Shown here piece after piece: positions 48,405-58,582 of a stretch of 64,000 nt of DNA; position 1 is the stretch's first letter; each line of letters opens with the position of its first letter. Position numbers and translations under genes: made by a program. The stretch covers positions 1,280,001 to 1,344,000 of the forward strand of contig OZ242221.1 of NCBI GenBank assembly GCA_965206845.1. The letters are read 5' to 3'. The notes below the pieces were generated by a model. It was not told the origin of the DNA, made no database searches, and was given only the letters and a program-made list of their open reading frames with translations. Origin of the DNA: Cenarchaeum sp. Lineage in GTDB: Archaea > Thermoproteota > Nitrososphaeria > Nitrososphaerales > Nitrosopumilaceae.

Positions 48405-51400
48405 CTACACGGCTTTTGCGTCGCATATGCTCCGATAGTCGCACCAGTTGCAGACGCCGTAGCTGGGAGTGGGCTCAAAGTTCTCACTGAGAATCTGTGC
48501 GATCATCTCCTCGATGGACTCCATGGACGCATCGACCGACCCTTTGGTGACCGCATACTCGACAACCTTGCCTCTCTCAAGATAGAACAGCGACGCCTTT
48601 GCTGGCAGCTCGCCCTTGAGCTTCTCGACTGCCTTTGCGTAGATGTTCAGCTGCGGATCCGCCGCCGCCTTTGGCCTGCTCAATACGCTCTTTCCGGATT
48701 TAAAGTCCACCACCTCGTATCTGCCGCCGGGGTTTCTCTCCAACCTGTCAATCCTTCCGTTGAACCTGACGTCGCCAATCAGTATGCTGAAGGGAATCTC
48801 GGTGTCCACCAGCTCGTTTTCCGAGCGTTCCTCCCACTCCAGATATGCCCGTATCATGGCGTCTGCCCGATCCGTGATCCTCTTCTCACCGGCCCTGCTC
48901 TGAATGCCCGGGCTCCACATCTTTGTGAACTTCTTCATGCTGTCCTCTGGTGTGACGCCTCGGCCCTGCGATCTCGCCTTTGCGGCCTCCTCGACCACTG
49001 CATGGATCACCCTGCCAAGATTGGCAGGGATGCTTGGCGGGCGGGGGACCCGGTCGATCTTCTCGAACTTGAATTGTAGCGGACACTTCTCATACGCCTT
49101 GATGCCGCTGGCAGACAGGGTCAGCTCATCGTGGTTGAACAGCGGCCGGCTCATGTCTGCCACCTCCGCAGACAGGTCCACGTCACCCATGTCGACATCT
49201 AGTATGCTCCGGGGGTCAAAGCCGTCAAGGTTGCCGAACCGCTCGTAGTGCTGGATGCGCGACAGCTCGACGATCTTGTGGATCGCAGTCTTGAGACTCG
49301 ATTGGCCAATCGCTGTATATGCCTGCTTCTGCTTGTCTGACTTTGTGCGCTCTACCCGGCTTACGGGCTGTGCATCAAAGTCCTCCGACTCGTCAAAGTC
49401 AGTTACCTCGATCAGCGGGTTTCTCCTGTAGTCCAGCTCGACTAGGAACCGGGACGGGTCCGTGTCCCTGACGTTCTCGCCGTACCGTATTGGCTGGATC
49501 ATGTACAGTCTCTTCATGGCCCTGGTTATGGCCACGTAGAACAGCCTGCGCTCTTCCGCGTCGTGCATCTCTTTTGTGTCCTCCCTCCTGTTGTCTCCCT
49601 GCAGCAGCCCCAGGGGAATGCGGAACGGTTTCTCCCGATACCTGAGGGGAAACCGGTTCTTGGCCATGTCAGTGACAAAGACGACGGGAAACTCCTTTCC
49701 CTTGCTCTTGTGCATGGTCAGGACGTTGACGGCATCAGCAGGCGCGGCATCCTCCAGCTCGACACTCCACCCGTCCAGTGCCGAGACGGACTCGAGAAAG
49801 CCGCCAAGCGAGCGATCAGCAAAGATCTCATCGTACTCTTCTGCGATCCTGTGGATCTTGCTCAGCAGCAGGGCGCTTGTCTTGTCCTGGTGGCCTGACT
49901 GCAGCGCCCGCTTGTACAGCCCTGACTGCTTCATCATTACATGGTACACGAGATCGCTTACGGAAGAGCCAGCCGCCAGCCTGATTATGTCCTCAAGGAG
50001 GGCCACAAGCTCTGAGATCTCCTGCTTTTGTGTGATCGCGAGCTTGTCACAATCCCTTACCGTCTCCCAGACAAGGTCTCGGGACCCGTCTCCTGCACCC
50101 CTCGCCTCCTTGTGCGCCTGGCTCATCAGCACCATGATGTTCCTCTCTGTGATACCACGTTTCCTTAGCAGATCAAATATCATCATTCCGGCAGTCCCCT
50201 GGGAATGCGCAATTTTGAGGTAAGCCACGAGCTCGGCGACGGCCGGGTTGCGGCGAATGTCCGGCTCCATCTCGACGGAGGCAGGTATCCCAAAGGACTC
50301 CAGAGCCTGGGCGAACCTGCGACCCTCTTCCTTGCGCCTTGACAGGATTGCTATGTCCCGATAGCGCATGCCATCCTTGATCATCTGGCGTATGGTCTGG
50401 ACGACAAACTCCGTCTGCCCGTTCCCGGTCGGCGTGCATACCACGGCTATCTTGTCCCCATCCGGGTTCGGGTGCTGACACCCCTCTGTGTCCCGCCCGA
50501 GAACTTGGTTTGCGATGCGTATGATGTTTCCGGTGCTGCGGTAGTTTTTTACGAGTCTCACCTCCTTCAGTTCGGGATACGTCTTCTTGTACTCCTGGAA
50601 TATCCCGGAGTGCGATCCCTGAAACCCCATGATGGACTGGTCCTCGTCTCCCACCACGCCGATGTTCCTGTGGCTGGCAAGGAGCTTGGCCAGCTCCAGC
50701 TGCGCATAGTTGTTGTCCTGGAACTCGTCGATCATGACATACCGGTATCTCTCCTGGTACTTGGCCAGCAGGGCCGCATTCCCTCTGAGTACCTCGACTG
50801 TCTTGGACACCATGTCGCCAAAGTCGACTAGGTTCCTCTCGGTTCTGTACTCCTCGTAGGCCCGGTACATCTTGCCAAGCTCGCCGAGCTTGTGGATGAG
50901 CTCCGGGTTCTGCGGCTCTGGGGAGCCCAGCTGCTCGTCGACGTACCCCTGCAGTCTCTGCGGCGAGATCATCTCATCCTTGAGGCTTCTCACTGCCTCG
51001 AGCATTCCGGCGTAGATCTCCCTCGTGCTCCCTCCGATGTCTACGTACTCTGGGTTAAAGCCAAACCTGTCAGTGTTCCTGAGGCACCAGATCAGCTGCG
51101 CCCACTTCTCGAAGATTCTGGTCTCCCGGCCCACCCCGGACTCGGCAAGGTTCTCCAGCAGAATCTCCCTTGCAAACGCATGAAACGTGCTGACCTTTAC
51201 ATCGAGCTTGCCGCGCTCCTCCAGCCTCTCCTGCATCTCGCCTGTGGCCTTGTTGGTAAATGTGAGGCAGAGAATGGACGACTGCGCAACGCCAGCCTCT
51301 ATCAGGCTGAGTGCCCTGCTGACGATCACGCGGGTCTTGCCGCTTCCGGGGCCTGCGATGATCATCAGCGGCCCCTGTCTGTGGTCTGCTGCCTGCTGCT

Positions 51401-51425
51401 GCTCTGGGTTCAGGCCGTCACTCAA
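48405..51425 (-). CDS. UvrD/PcrA-like helicase fused to a C-terminal PD-(D/E)xK nuclease with four Cys
   Basis: AGPGSGKT, DEFQD, GDEDQSI, NYRS, TMHKSKGKEF, RRLFYVAITRA; CPLQF...GRIDRL...VVDFKSG...QLNIY...CNWCDYRSIC. Confidence 0.9.
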   Translation of the reverse strand: MSDGLNPEQQQAADHRQGPLMIIAGPGSGKTRVIVSRALSLIEAGVAQSSILCLTFTNKATGEMQERLEERGKLDVKVSTFHAFAREILLENLAESGVGRETRIFEKWAQLIWCLRNTDRFGFNPEYVDIGGSTREIYAGMLEAVRSLKDEMISPQRLQGYVDEQLGSPEPQNPELIHKLGELGKMYRAYEEYRTERNLVDFGDMVSKTVEVLRGNAALLAKYQERYRYVMIDEFQDNNYAQLELAKLLASHRNIGVVGDEDQSIMGFQGSHSGIFQEYKKTYPELKEVRLVKNYRSTGNIIRIANQVLGRDTEGCQHPNPDGDKIAVVCTPTGNGQTEFVVQTIRQMIKDGMRYRDIAILSRRKEEGRRFAQALESFGIPASVEMEPDIRRNPAVAELVAYLKIAHSQGTAGMMIFDLLRKRGITERNIMVLMSQAHKEARGAGDGSRDLVWETVRDCDKLAITQKQEISELVALLEDIIRLAAGSSVSDLVYHVMMKQSGLYKRALQSGHQDKTSALLLSKIHRIAEEYDEIFADRSLGGFLESVSALDGWSVELEDAAPADAVNVLTMHKSKGKEFPVVFVTDMAKNRFPLRYREKPFRIPLGLLQGDNRREDTKEMHDAEERRLFYVAITRAMKRLYMIQPIRYGENVRDTDPSRFLVELDYRRNPLIEVTDFDESEDFDAQPVSRVERTKSDKQKQAYTAIGQSSLKTAIHKIVELSRIQHYERFGNLDGFDPRSILDVDMGDVDLSAEVADMSRPLFNHDELTLSASGIKAYEKCPLQFKFEKIDRVPRPPSIPANLGRVIHAVVEEAAKARSQGRGVTPEDSMKKFTKMWSPGIQSRAGEKRITDRADAMIRAYLEWEERSENELVDTEIPFSILIGDVRFNGRIDRLERNPGGRYEVVDFKSGKSVLSRPKAAADPQLNIYAKAVEKLKGELPAKASLFYLERGKVVEYAVTKGSVDASMESIEEMIAQILSENFEPTPSYGVCNWCDYRSICDAKAV

Positions 51426-51549
51426 CGCATGCCGCCTCCGCATCCCTGCATGTGCTGGTACCTGCGCCCGAGACACGATTCCATGCCGTGGTGCCGCATG
51501 CACGGTGCACGCCTGCCGCCCATTTGAGTCCTCCCACATCCACACCGCA

Positions 51550-51984
51550 TCATCCGTCCCGGCGGAGCGACTCGAGCAGCTCCCTGTAGGTGCTCTGCAG
51601 ATCTACCTTGCGGTACACCGGCGTGAATATCTTGATCCTGACGGGACTCTGCTGGAGCAGCTTCAGTCTGCCCTGGACAAACTCCTGCCTGTCAAAGCGC
51701 AGGTATATTCCGGAACCCGAGACAAAGAGATCCATGTCCTCCAGTATCTCCTGAAACTGCCCATTCTTCATGCGCCGCACCATCCTGCCGACAAACCTGC
51801 TGGCCTGCCTTCTGGCAATCTTGGCGCTCAGAACCGTGATGGGGTTCTCAAAGTGCCCGGTCTGGTGCGACACGGCAAAGTCGTCCTTGTGCAGGTCGTA
51901 TATCTCAAAGGCATCAAAGAATTTTGTGGAATCCTCTGTGGCGTGAAGTATGACATCAATGCTAACTTCCAGCCTGTTTGCCAT
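51550..51984 (-). CDS. DUF54-type RNA-binding protein
   Basis: ILHATED, GHFENPI, YLRFDRQ; normally downstream of rps3ae. Confidence 0.75.
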   Translation of the reverse strand: MANRLEVSIDVILHATEDSTKFFDAFEIYDLHKDDFAVSHQTGHFENPITVLSAKIARRQASRFVGRMVRRMKNGQFQEILEDMDLFVSGSGIYLRFDRQEFVQGRLKLLQQSPVRIKIFTPVYRKVDLQSTYRELLESLRRDG

Positions 51985-52001
51985 CTTGTGACTAGGCTAT
52001 G

Positions 52002-53850
52002 GGGAGTTATATACAAAAGTTACCAGAACCCTTGCCTTTTTTTGGCGCTCTGGCGATCCCTCCCATGCTTGCCTCTCGCATGTTGTTCGCGGAGCGCGCG
52101 AGAGCAATCCCGCGCTGGAATCTCGCGCCTTGGGACGACGTTCCCCGCCGCTCTGCCGTCGCCTTGACGGCAATGTTGTACGCGACATTGATGTCCGCGT
52201 TGATGTCGTTCTTACACCTGTGGTTCGTGCAGTGAAACTCCCCCTGCGATATCCGGGAGTCCTTGTCCCTGCGGCTGCAGACGTGGCATGTTGTGCTGGT
52301 GCCTCTGGGGTCGACCGTTATGATCATCACGCCGGCGTTCGCGCATGCGCCCTCAATCCGCATTTGGAACGTCCTGGGACGCGAGTACGCCATCTCTCGG
52401 TTGAGGCCGGTCTTGGCCGAGCTGCCTTTGCCTTTGGCAGTCATGTTCTTGACTTTCAGATCCTCGATGACCACCGTGCCGGCGCCCTCCGCCACCTTCT
52501 TTGACGCGTGCCTCTCCCAGTTGGTCTGCCTGTTGGCGACCTTTTCCCTCTTCTTCTGGATTCTTCTTTGGAGCTCCTTGTAGCCTCTTGACTTTGGCTT
52601 CCTTGGCCTGTCGCGCCTGGCATTCCTGTTGATGCTGCTAGCATTGTCCTGCTTGCCGTTCGCGTTGCCATCGTGGCCGCCGCCCTTGCCGTTCTGCCTG
52701 ATGCGCCTGTTTCCGCTCCCGCCGCGCTTCCGCGAGAGCTCCGAGTACATCTTCGATATCTCATCACCCTTCGTCCTCCTGCAGCCGTCCGGAATGTCGT
52801 GGAACGTATGATGACCTGTATCCAAGTCGACCGTCGTTGCGCCGTGGACTATGCCCATGTCGACTCCCCTGATGACCGCATATTCTGATGGCTTGGGCGC
52901 CTTTATCCCGACCTGGATGTGGAGGCGGTACGTCCTGTGGCGGTCCTTTGTGAGTCTGGTTGTCTTCTTGGTCGTCTCCACCAGCTGGAATGAACGCATG
53001 TCAAGCCCATCCACGTCACCATGCACCTTCACGGTGCTTATGCCGGGAAGATGCAGCAGGCCGCCGCCCTTGGACACGGGACTCTGAAAACACAGAGAGC
53101 TTGCCTTCCGTCCTTCCTCCTGAGCAGGTCGCCCTTGTGGCTCCACCTATTCCTCTTGTTGCTCCACTTGTTAGGCGGCAGGTTTGCCGCAGTGCCGATG
53201 TCTGGAATTCCCTCCTTTTCCCTGTCGTGCCTGGCTAGGTTTTTCCACATTATTTTGTTGTAGCGCTTGGTGGCGTTTGACTCCATGAACCTTTTCACGG
53301 CGTCCAGCCCCTGCCGGAGGCCGGTCCTCTGCACCCTGCTGTCACAGGCCTGCCGGAGTCCGACCGCCTGAGCGTCGTCATCACGGACAAGCCATGTGTT
53401 CGCGTTCCTCCATTTGGTGAGCATGCCGTCAAGGTCAAATTTGGTTATTCTCGGGTCGCCCAGAACCTTCCGGACGGGCATGTTGTACGCCCACCTCTGC
53501 TGGTCCATGTGGCGCGATATCAGCTTTGACAGATCCCCGGACTGGTCAAAGTCCACTTTTATCGTGCGGACCATGATGCCCTTCCTTGCGCGCCTTGGCC
53601 CCTTTTTTGGCGCCGGCGCGGTTACGGTTGCCATGATGGGTTTCATTACCGCATGCAAATGTCAAATGTGTATAAAAACACCGCGACTATACCATGCAGA
53701 CCGTCCGCACCGGCATGGGCATCAATGCCATTATGCCTGCCCATGCGGTTCCCGCCGTCCAGATTGCCGCGCCGGTATCGCGCAAAGGCAGCGCGTGAAA
53801 AGGAGCGCCAAAAAAGGCAGGGGTTTTGGTTACTTTTGTATGTAATTCCC
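52002..53850 (-). mobile_element. TIR-bounded non-autonomous element carrying tnpB
   Basis: TIRs 52002-52050 and 53803-53850 (43/49 identical); flanks AGGCTATG / GGGTTATG (6/8, degenerate TSD). Confidence 0.8.
52007..53646 (-). pseudogene. tnpB: TnpB (RNA-guided RuvC nuclease) split by one frameshift near 53085-53092
   Basis: N-part 53038-53646 (MDQQRWAYN); C-part GVDMGI, VVIEDL, VDPRGTSTTCHVC...CTNHRC...NADINVAYNI. Confidence 0.85.
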
Positions 53851-53853
53851 GGG

Positions 53854-54465
53854 TTATGCCTCAAGGAGTGTGATCTGCTGTTGCGCCGTCTGCACCAGCT
53901 TTACCTTCTCCAGCCCAACATGCCTCAGCCGGACCAGCTTCTTGCCTGCCGCCATTATGTCCGAGTTGATCTTGCCGTAGCATGTGGCCTGCACGAACTG
54001 CGCGATGGTCATCTCCGGCACGGACTTCTCTATGACCTCCTTGGCGATCAGCCTGAGGGCGCGCATTCTTGACGTGTTGAGCTGGCGGTGCGTCAGTACG
54101 AGCACCTTGATTCTAAAGGTATACTCGTCCTTTGTCCTGACGTCCATGATTAAGTTGATCCGGGACGAGCCGCGCCGCACTAGGCTGCGCAGGTACTCCT
54201 TGGCGTACTCGTATCGCTTGAAGATGCTTGTGGCCCGATCCCCGTCAATGTCGTCGATCTGAAAGTAAATCTTGTACTGGTTTTGGGAGGGATCCCCCTT
54301 TAGGATATCGTGCAGGGTTACCTCGATTACTCTGCCTTTGGCACCCTCCTCGCTGGTAACGGGAATGTATGCCACAAAGACGTTTCTGAACGAGTCGGGA
54401 GCGTATACGGTAATCCATTTCTTCTCCCGCCACTTGTCCTTCACTCGTGTCTTTCGGCGCGCCAA
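53854..54465 (-). CDS. rps3ae: 30S ribosomal protein S3Ae (eS1)
   Basis: KDKWREKKW..V.AP, YLRSLVRRGSS. Confidence 0.95.
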   Translation of the reverse strand: MARRKTRVKDKWREKKWITVYAPDSFRNVFVAYIPVTSEEGAKGRVIEVTLHDILKGDPSQNQYKIYFQIDDIDGDRATSIFKRYEYAKEYLRSLVRRGSSRINLIMDVRTKDEYTFRIKVLVLTHRQLNTSRMRALRLIAKEVIEKSVPEMTIAQFVQATCYGKINSDIMAAGKKLVRLRHVGLEKVKLVQTAQQQITLLEA

Positions 54466-54521
54466 TTACTCAAGACCTTCGAGCCCAAAATATAAGGGTA
54501 TGTTACAGGTGTGTGGGTCAG

Positions 54522-55784
54522 TCATATCTCGTCCTTTGGGATGTACCCCCGAAGCACCTTGGGAACCGATATGTGCCCGTCTGCTGTCTGCATGTTCTCC
54601 ATTATGGATACCATGACCCGGGATGTTGCGATCAGGGTGCCGTTGAGGGTGTGCAGGTATGACGTGTCCTCGTTGGTCTTGTCCCGGAACCTTATCTTGA
54701 GTCTTCTTGCCTGGAACTCGAGGCAGTTGGAGCACGAGACGATCTCCCGGAAGGCGCCCTGGCCTGCCATCCATGCCTCTATGTCATACGTCTTTGCCGA
54801 GACCTTGCCCATGTCACCGCTGGAGAGCAGCACCACCCTGTGGGGTATCCCAAGACTCTGGTAGAACTCCTCGGATGCGGCGATCATCCTCTCGTGCTCT
54901 TTCTCTGACTCCTCCGGTTTGGAGAAGACAAACTGCTCTATCTTCTCAAACTGGTGCACCCGGAAGATTCCCTTCTGATCCCTGCCGTGGGCGCCAGCCT
55001 CCTTCCTGAAACAGGGGCTGACTCCCGCGTACCTCAGGGGAAGGCTCCCGCCGTCTATGATCTCGTCTGAGTGCATGGCGGCCAGGGCGTGCTCTGATGT
55101 GCCTATGAGGTACAGGTCGTCATCTGCTATCTTGTATATCACGCCCTCAAAGTCCTCTGCAATGACGGCGCCCTCCATGGCATCCCTGTTTATCATGTAG
55201 GGCGGCTGCACCAGCACATAACCTCTTGCCGCAGCAAAGTCCAGCGCGTAGGATATCAGCGCCTGGTTCAGCCTTACCAGATCATTCTTCAGGTAGTAGA
55301 ACCTAGCGCCAGAAACCTTGGCTGCGCGCTCGAGATCCAGCAGATCCCGTTGCAGCGCAATATCTATGTGATCCCTGACATCGAACCCAAAGGTGGGGGC
55401 ATCTCCCCACCTCCGCATCTCCTTGTTTGCCGATCCATCGGGACCGCGGGGTACCGACGGGTCGATCACATTTGGAATTGCGCAGGCAAGCTCGGCGTAC
55501 CTCCGCTCTGTCTTGCGTTGTTTATCCTCAAACGCAGCGAGATCAGCAGAGATGGCTTTCATGTCCTCCAGCAGCGGGGCGGCATCTTGGCCTGCCCTCT
55601 TCATGCCGGCTATCGCCTTTCCGGTCTGGTTCCTCCTCTGGCGCAGCTCGTCTGTTTTTGCAATGAGGTGCCTCCGCTTCGCATCGGCCTCCCTCAGTCC
55701 GTCCAGATCAAAGCTTACGGCCCGATCCTGCAGCATCTTCCGTATCGTGTCGGGCCTCTCCCTGATTATCCTGGGATCCAGCAT
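54522..55784 (-). CDS. serS: Serine--tRNA ligase
   Basis: GTSE, CFRKEAG, FRVHQFEKIEQF, EIVSCSNC, HTLNGT. Confidence 0.97.
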   Translation of the reverse strand: MLDPRIIRERPDTIRKMLQDRAVSFDLDGLREADAKRRHLIAKTDELRQRRNQTGKAIAGMKRAGQDAAPLLEDMKAISADLAAFEDKQRKTERRYAELACAIPNVIDPSVPRGPDGSANKEMRRWGDAPTFGFDVRDHIDIALQRDLLDLERAAKVSGARFYYLKNDLVRLNQALISYALDFAAARGYVLVQPPYMINRDAMEGAVIAEDFEGVIYKIADDDLYLIGTSEHALAAMHSDEIIDGGSLPLRYAGVSPCFRKEAGAHGRDQKGIFRVHQFEKIEQFVFSKPEESEKEHERMIAASEEFYQSLGIPHRVVLLSSGDMGKVSAKTYDIEAWMAGQGAFREIVSCSNCLEFQARRLKIRFRDKTNEDTSYLHTLNGTLIATSRVMVSIMENMQTADGHISVPKVLRGYIPKDEI

Positions 55785-56026
55785 TACGTCATCACCCTCA
55801 GGGATATGGTGATGTGCTCTAGCACCTCGTCTATGCTGGATATCAGCGCCCCCATGTTGCCCCGCGCCTCAAAGTCTACCACAAGCCTGTTATCGGTACT
55901 CTTGATGCTCAGAGTCAGGCCCGGCGGAAAATCCACATTGTCGGGAGCCAGCGCCATCCTGATGGTGTCGGCCTTTGCGTCCGATATCTCATTTATCACT
56001 ATCTGAACCCTGCAGTTTATCGATAC
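55784..56026 (-). CDS. pcc1: KEOPS subunit Pcc1-like protein
   Basis: ALAPDNVDFP; located between the DHH gene and serS; frame open to GTA at 56026 (ORF track start 55999). Confidence 0.7.
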   Translation of the reverse strand, partial: VSINCRVQIVINEISDAKADTIRMALAPDNVDFPPGLTLSIKSTDNRLVVDFEARGNMGALISSIDEVLEHITISLRVMT

Positions 56027-57413
56027 TCCCCTCCAGAAAATCCAGAAACTTGTCCACGTTGTCCTTGCTTATGGTGGCGCCGGCCGCCGCATCGTGGCCT
56101 CCTCCGATCCCTGAAAACTTTGCCGCACCGGTGCGCATCAGCATGCTGAGGTTTACATCGGATCTGCAGCCAAAGGACTTGCGCGATGAGAACTTGATGC
56201 CACCGTCATCCCCATCAGCCCTGAGTATTACGATCTTGGTTGCGTACTTTGGCGAGCCTGCAAGAAGGGAACAGATGGTGCCGGTCATGGTCTCGGGGAC
56301 TATGCCCTCTGCATTTACCATCACGTACGCGCTGCCCTCTGCTATGCGCCACCTCTCGCCTGTCAGCACGTTCATGCAGTTTCTGATCTTTTTTCTGTAC
56401 TCGGCTAGTATGTTCTCTCCTTCCAGCGGCATCGTATTTCTGTCGCCCATGCAGATCGCCACCCCGACGCCGGATCTGCCGATGCGGCCACAGGAGTTCA
56501 GCATGGTAGCAAACTCCCGGCCGTCCCGGAGAAAGCTCCTCTGATCCTCCCTGGGAAACGTGTAGGTGTATCCTATGAGCTCATCCATTATATCCGTGGC
56601 ATTGCTGCCGGTGGTAAACTTTGCTATGGCCTCCGTGACGCCGATCTTCTCCTCTTTGGAGAGCTCCGCGGGAACCCGCCATCGGCTTCCTTCCTTGAGC
56701 CGCACCCCGGCAGTCTTTAGCAGCTTGATGCACATGTCCCGGTTCCACGTGAGGCCGTCGATGAAGGGCTGTGATGTAAACGCCAGAGCATCGGCCACCG
56801 GCTTTGTCTCCCGGCCCGCCAGAAGAAGGTCAAGATCAATCTCCACAAGCCCGCGATCCCGTGCCGTGCCGGCGATCTCGTGGTTCTTGCCCGTGAATGA
56901 CTTCTTCTCCCCCCGATCCTGCCGGTCGCCCAGCGCGGAGACCACTGCCATCGCGGAGAGATCCTCGTTTTTGTCATCCAGGTGCCTTGCAGCAAGATAC
57001 GCCATGCCTCCGGAGCAGATCTGGGTTCCACCGTCCATGCCGTACTTCCACGCGTTGATTACCCTGGGGTTGTCGTGCTCGTCCTCGGGAATCTGGTGGT
57101 GATCCAGAACAAACCAGTTCTCCCCCAGTATGCGATCGAGATCCTTGGCAAACCCCCCGCCTAGATCGGTTATGATGTGCATGTCCCTGTGGCTGCCTTG
57201 CATCTTGATGATCTGGCTTGGACTCATGTCCTTTGCGGTGCTGACGGTGCATTTTGCGTTGGATCTTATGAGCGCCTTTGCCATGATGGCGCCCGACGTC
57301 AATCCGTCGCAGTCGATGTGGGTAGTTACCAAGATGGACTTGTTTGACTTAATGCAGTCCAGTAGGGTATCGCGAAACAGGGACAGGGAGCCGTCAATGT
57401 TTTGACTCATCAC
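55989..57413 (-). CDS. DHH/RecJ-like phosphoesterase
   Basis: HIDCDG, TDLG, LDHH, GGGHDAAAG. Confidence 0.92.
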   Translation of the reverse strand: MMSQNIDGSLSLFRDTLLDCIKSNKSILVTTHIDCDGLTSGAIMAKALIRSNAKCTVSTAKDMSPSQIIKMQGSHRDMHIITDLGGGFAKDLDRILGENWFVLDHHQIPEDEHDNPRVINAWKYGMDGGTQICSGGMAYLAARHLDDKNEDLSAMAVVSALGDRQDRGEKKSFTGKNHEIAGTARDRGLVEIDLDLLLAGRETKPVADALAFTSQPFIDGLTWNRDMCIKLLKTAGVRLKEGSRWRVPAELSKEEKIGVTEAIAKFTTGSNATDIMDELIGYTYTFPREDQRSFLRDGREFATMLNSCGRIGRSGVGVAICMGDRNTMPLEGENILAEYRKKIRNCMNVLTGERWRIAEGSAYVMVNAEGIVPETMTGTICSLLAGSPKYATKIVILRADGDDGGIKFSSRKSFGCRSDVNLSMLMRTGAAKFSGIGGGHDAAAGATISKDNVDKFLDFLEGSIDKLQGSDSDK

Positions 57414-57859
57414 TCGAGTTGCGCCACTACTGACTTATATTTCCAATTTTGAGGTATGCGCTCGATTCTCTTATAGTACACGGTCAGTCTGTGCACTTTG
57501 GCCTCCACCAGCTCCAGAGAGCGTACGTTTCTTCTGTCTCCCTTGTTTGCCCGAAGGTGCCTCTGCAGGCCCACTGCCTTCCTGACCATGCTCTCAAGAT
57601 CCTCCGGAAGATCTGGCGTCATGTCGTTCTCCTGTAGAATCTGTGAGATCTTCTTCTTTGTGACGGACTTGGCCAGGGGTATGGCGTGCTGGTCGCGGAG
57701 CTTTATTCCGATCTGGCTAGGCGTGAGGCCATCCTTTGCATACTTGACCACTAGTCCCTCTATCTGCTCTGTGCTGAGAGTTACCCATGACGGAACCGTG
57801 AGGGTAACAGGTCTTATGGAGTGCGATCTGCCATGCCTGTGACTGTGTAGCCTTCCCAT
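57410..57859 (-). CDS. rps15: 30S ribosomal protein S15 (uS15)
   Basis: MGRLHS...G.S.S, PSQIGIKLRD, LPEDL; ATG at 57859. Confidence 0.95.
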   Translation of the reverse strand: MGRLHSHRHGRSHSIRPVTLTVPSWVTLSTEQIEGLVVKYAKDGLTPSQIGIKLRDQHAIPLAKSVTKKKISQILQENDMTPDLPEDLESMVRKAVGLQRHLRANKGDRRNVRSLELVEAKVHRLTVYYKRIERIPQNWKYKSVVAQLE

Positions 57860-58127
57860 GCGGTATGTCAAATCTGAAACGAAATTAAACGTTGCTTTAT
57901 GATCCCCGGGTGTCGGTTTGCGGTTCCCGGTAACTACTTGAACGGCTCTCCTGTACTGCCAGAGCTCCCCACACGCCGCTGTGCCATGCCACGGATTCGG
58001 GCGCATCTGCAGAACCTAGGTGTAGTGCCGCTCCCTACGCCTGATCCGGCGCGGCGGGCAAATTCATGTCGACTGAAAAAATAAAGATTAAATACCTATG
58101 AGAAGATAGGGGTTTTAGGTAGATATA

Positions 58128-58457
58128 ATGACCAGTAAAATATTACTAGCAGGCATGTTGGCTGTCGTAGCCATGGGAAGCCTTGGTTTTATCGGCGTTG
58201 CCTACGCACAGTATCTGGGCAATGTGGGCGATGCGGGTGAAACAGGACAGCAGACACTGGAAGAGACTCTGGAGCTGGCACGCAGAAAGGTCGCCGCGGC
58301 AGAAGCTAATCCGGCAGCCGGTTCGGGAACCCCAATTCTTGACGCCAGTAGCATACTCGGTGCGTCAATCATATCAGGTGCAGTCTTTGGCGGCGTCGCA
58401 GGGGCCCTCTTCTTCAAATCAAAGTCCGGCAAATACGCTGCACAGGGCAGAGGCTAA
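58128..58457 (+). CDS. amoZ: Probable archaeal AMO subunit AmoZ (signal peptide plus one TM)
   Basis: AYAQY signal cleavage, NPAAGSGTP, C-terminal GKYAAQGRG; position between rps15 and amoB. Confidence 0.65.
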   Translation: MTSKILLAGMLAVVAMGSLGFIGVAYAQYLGNVGDAGETGQQTLEETLELARRKVAAAEANPAAGSGTPILDASSILGASIISGAVFGGVAGALFFKSKSGKYAAQGRG

Positions 58458-58582
58458 AAAACCTCTTCTTTTCTATTTTATTTTATACCGTGACAATGTG
58501 TTGCGCGGCATGTTTTGACGTCACGCGGTTCCGAGTCATGCTGATCCCGGCACGGCTATCTGTTGTGATCCGTACCCCGAAC

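Noticed and set aside
48159-49079. 306-aa + strand ORF and similar long antisense ORFs (e.g. 32962-34212, 37437-38330)
   Set aside because: Shadow frames of well-supported genes in GC-rich DNA.
48405-49130. Cas4 / CRISPR adaptation gene
   Set aside because: It is the fused C-terminal nuclease of a UvrD helicase; no cas1/cas2 or array.
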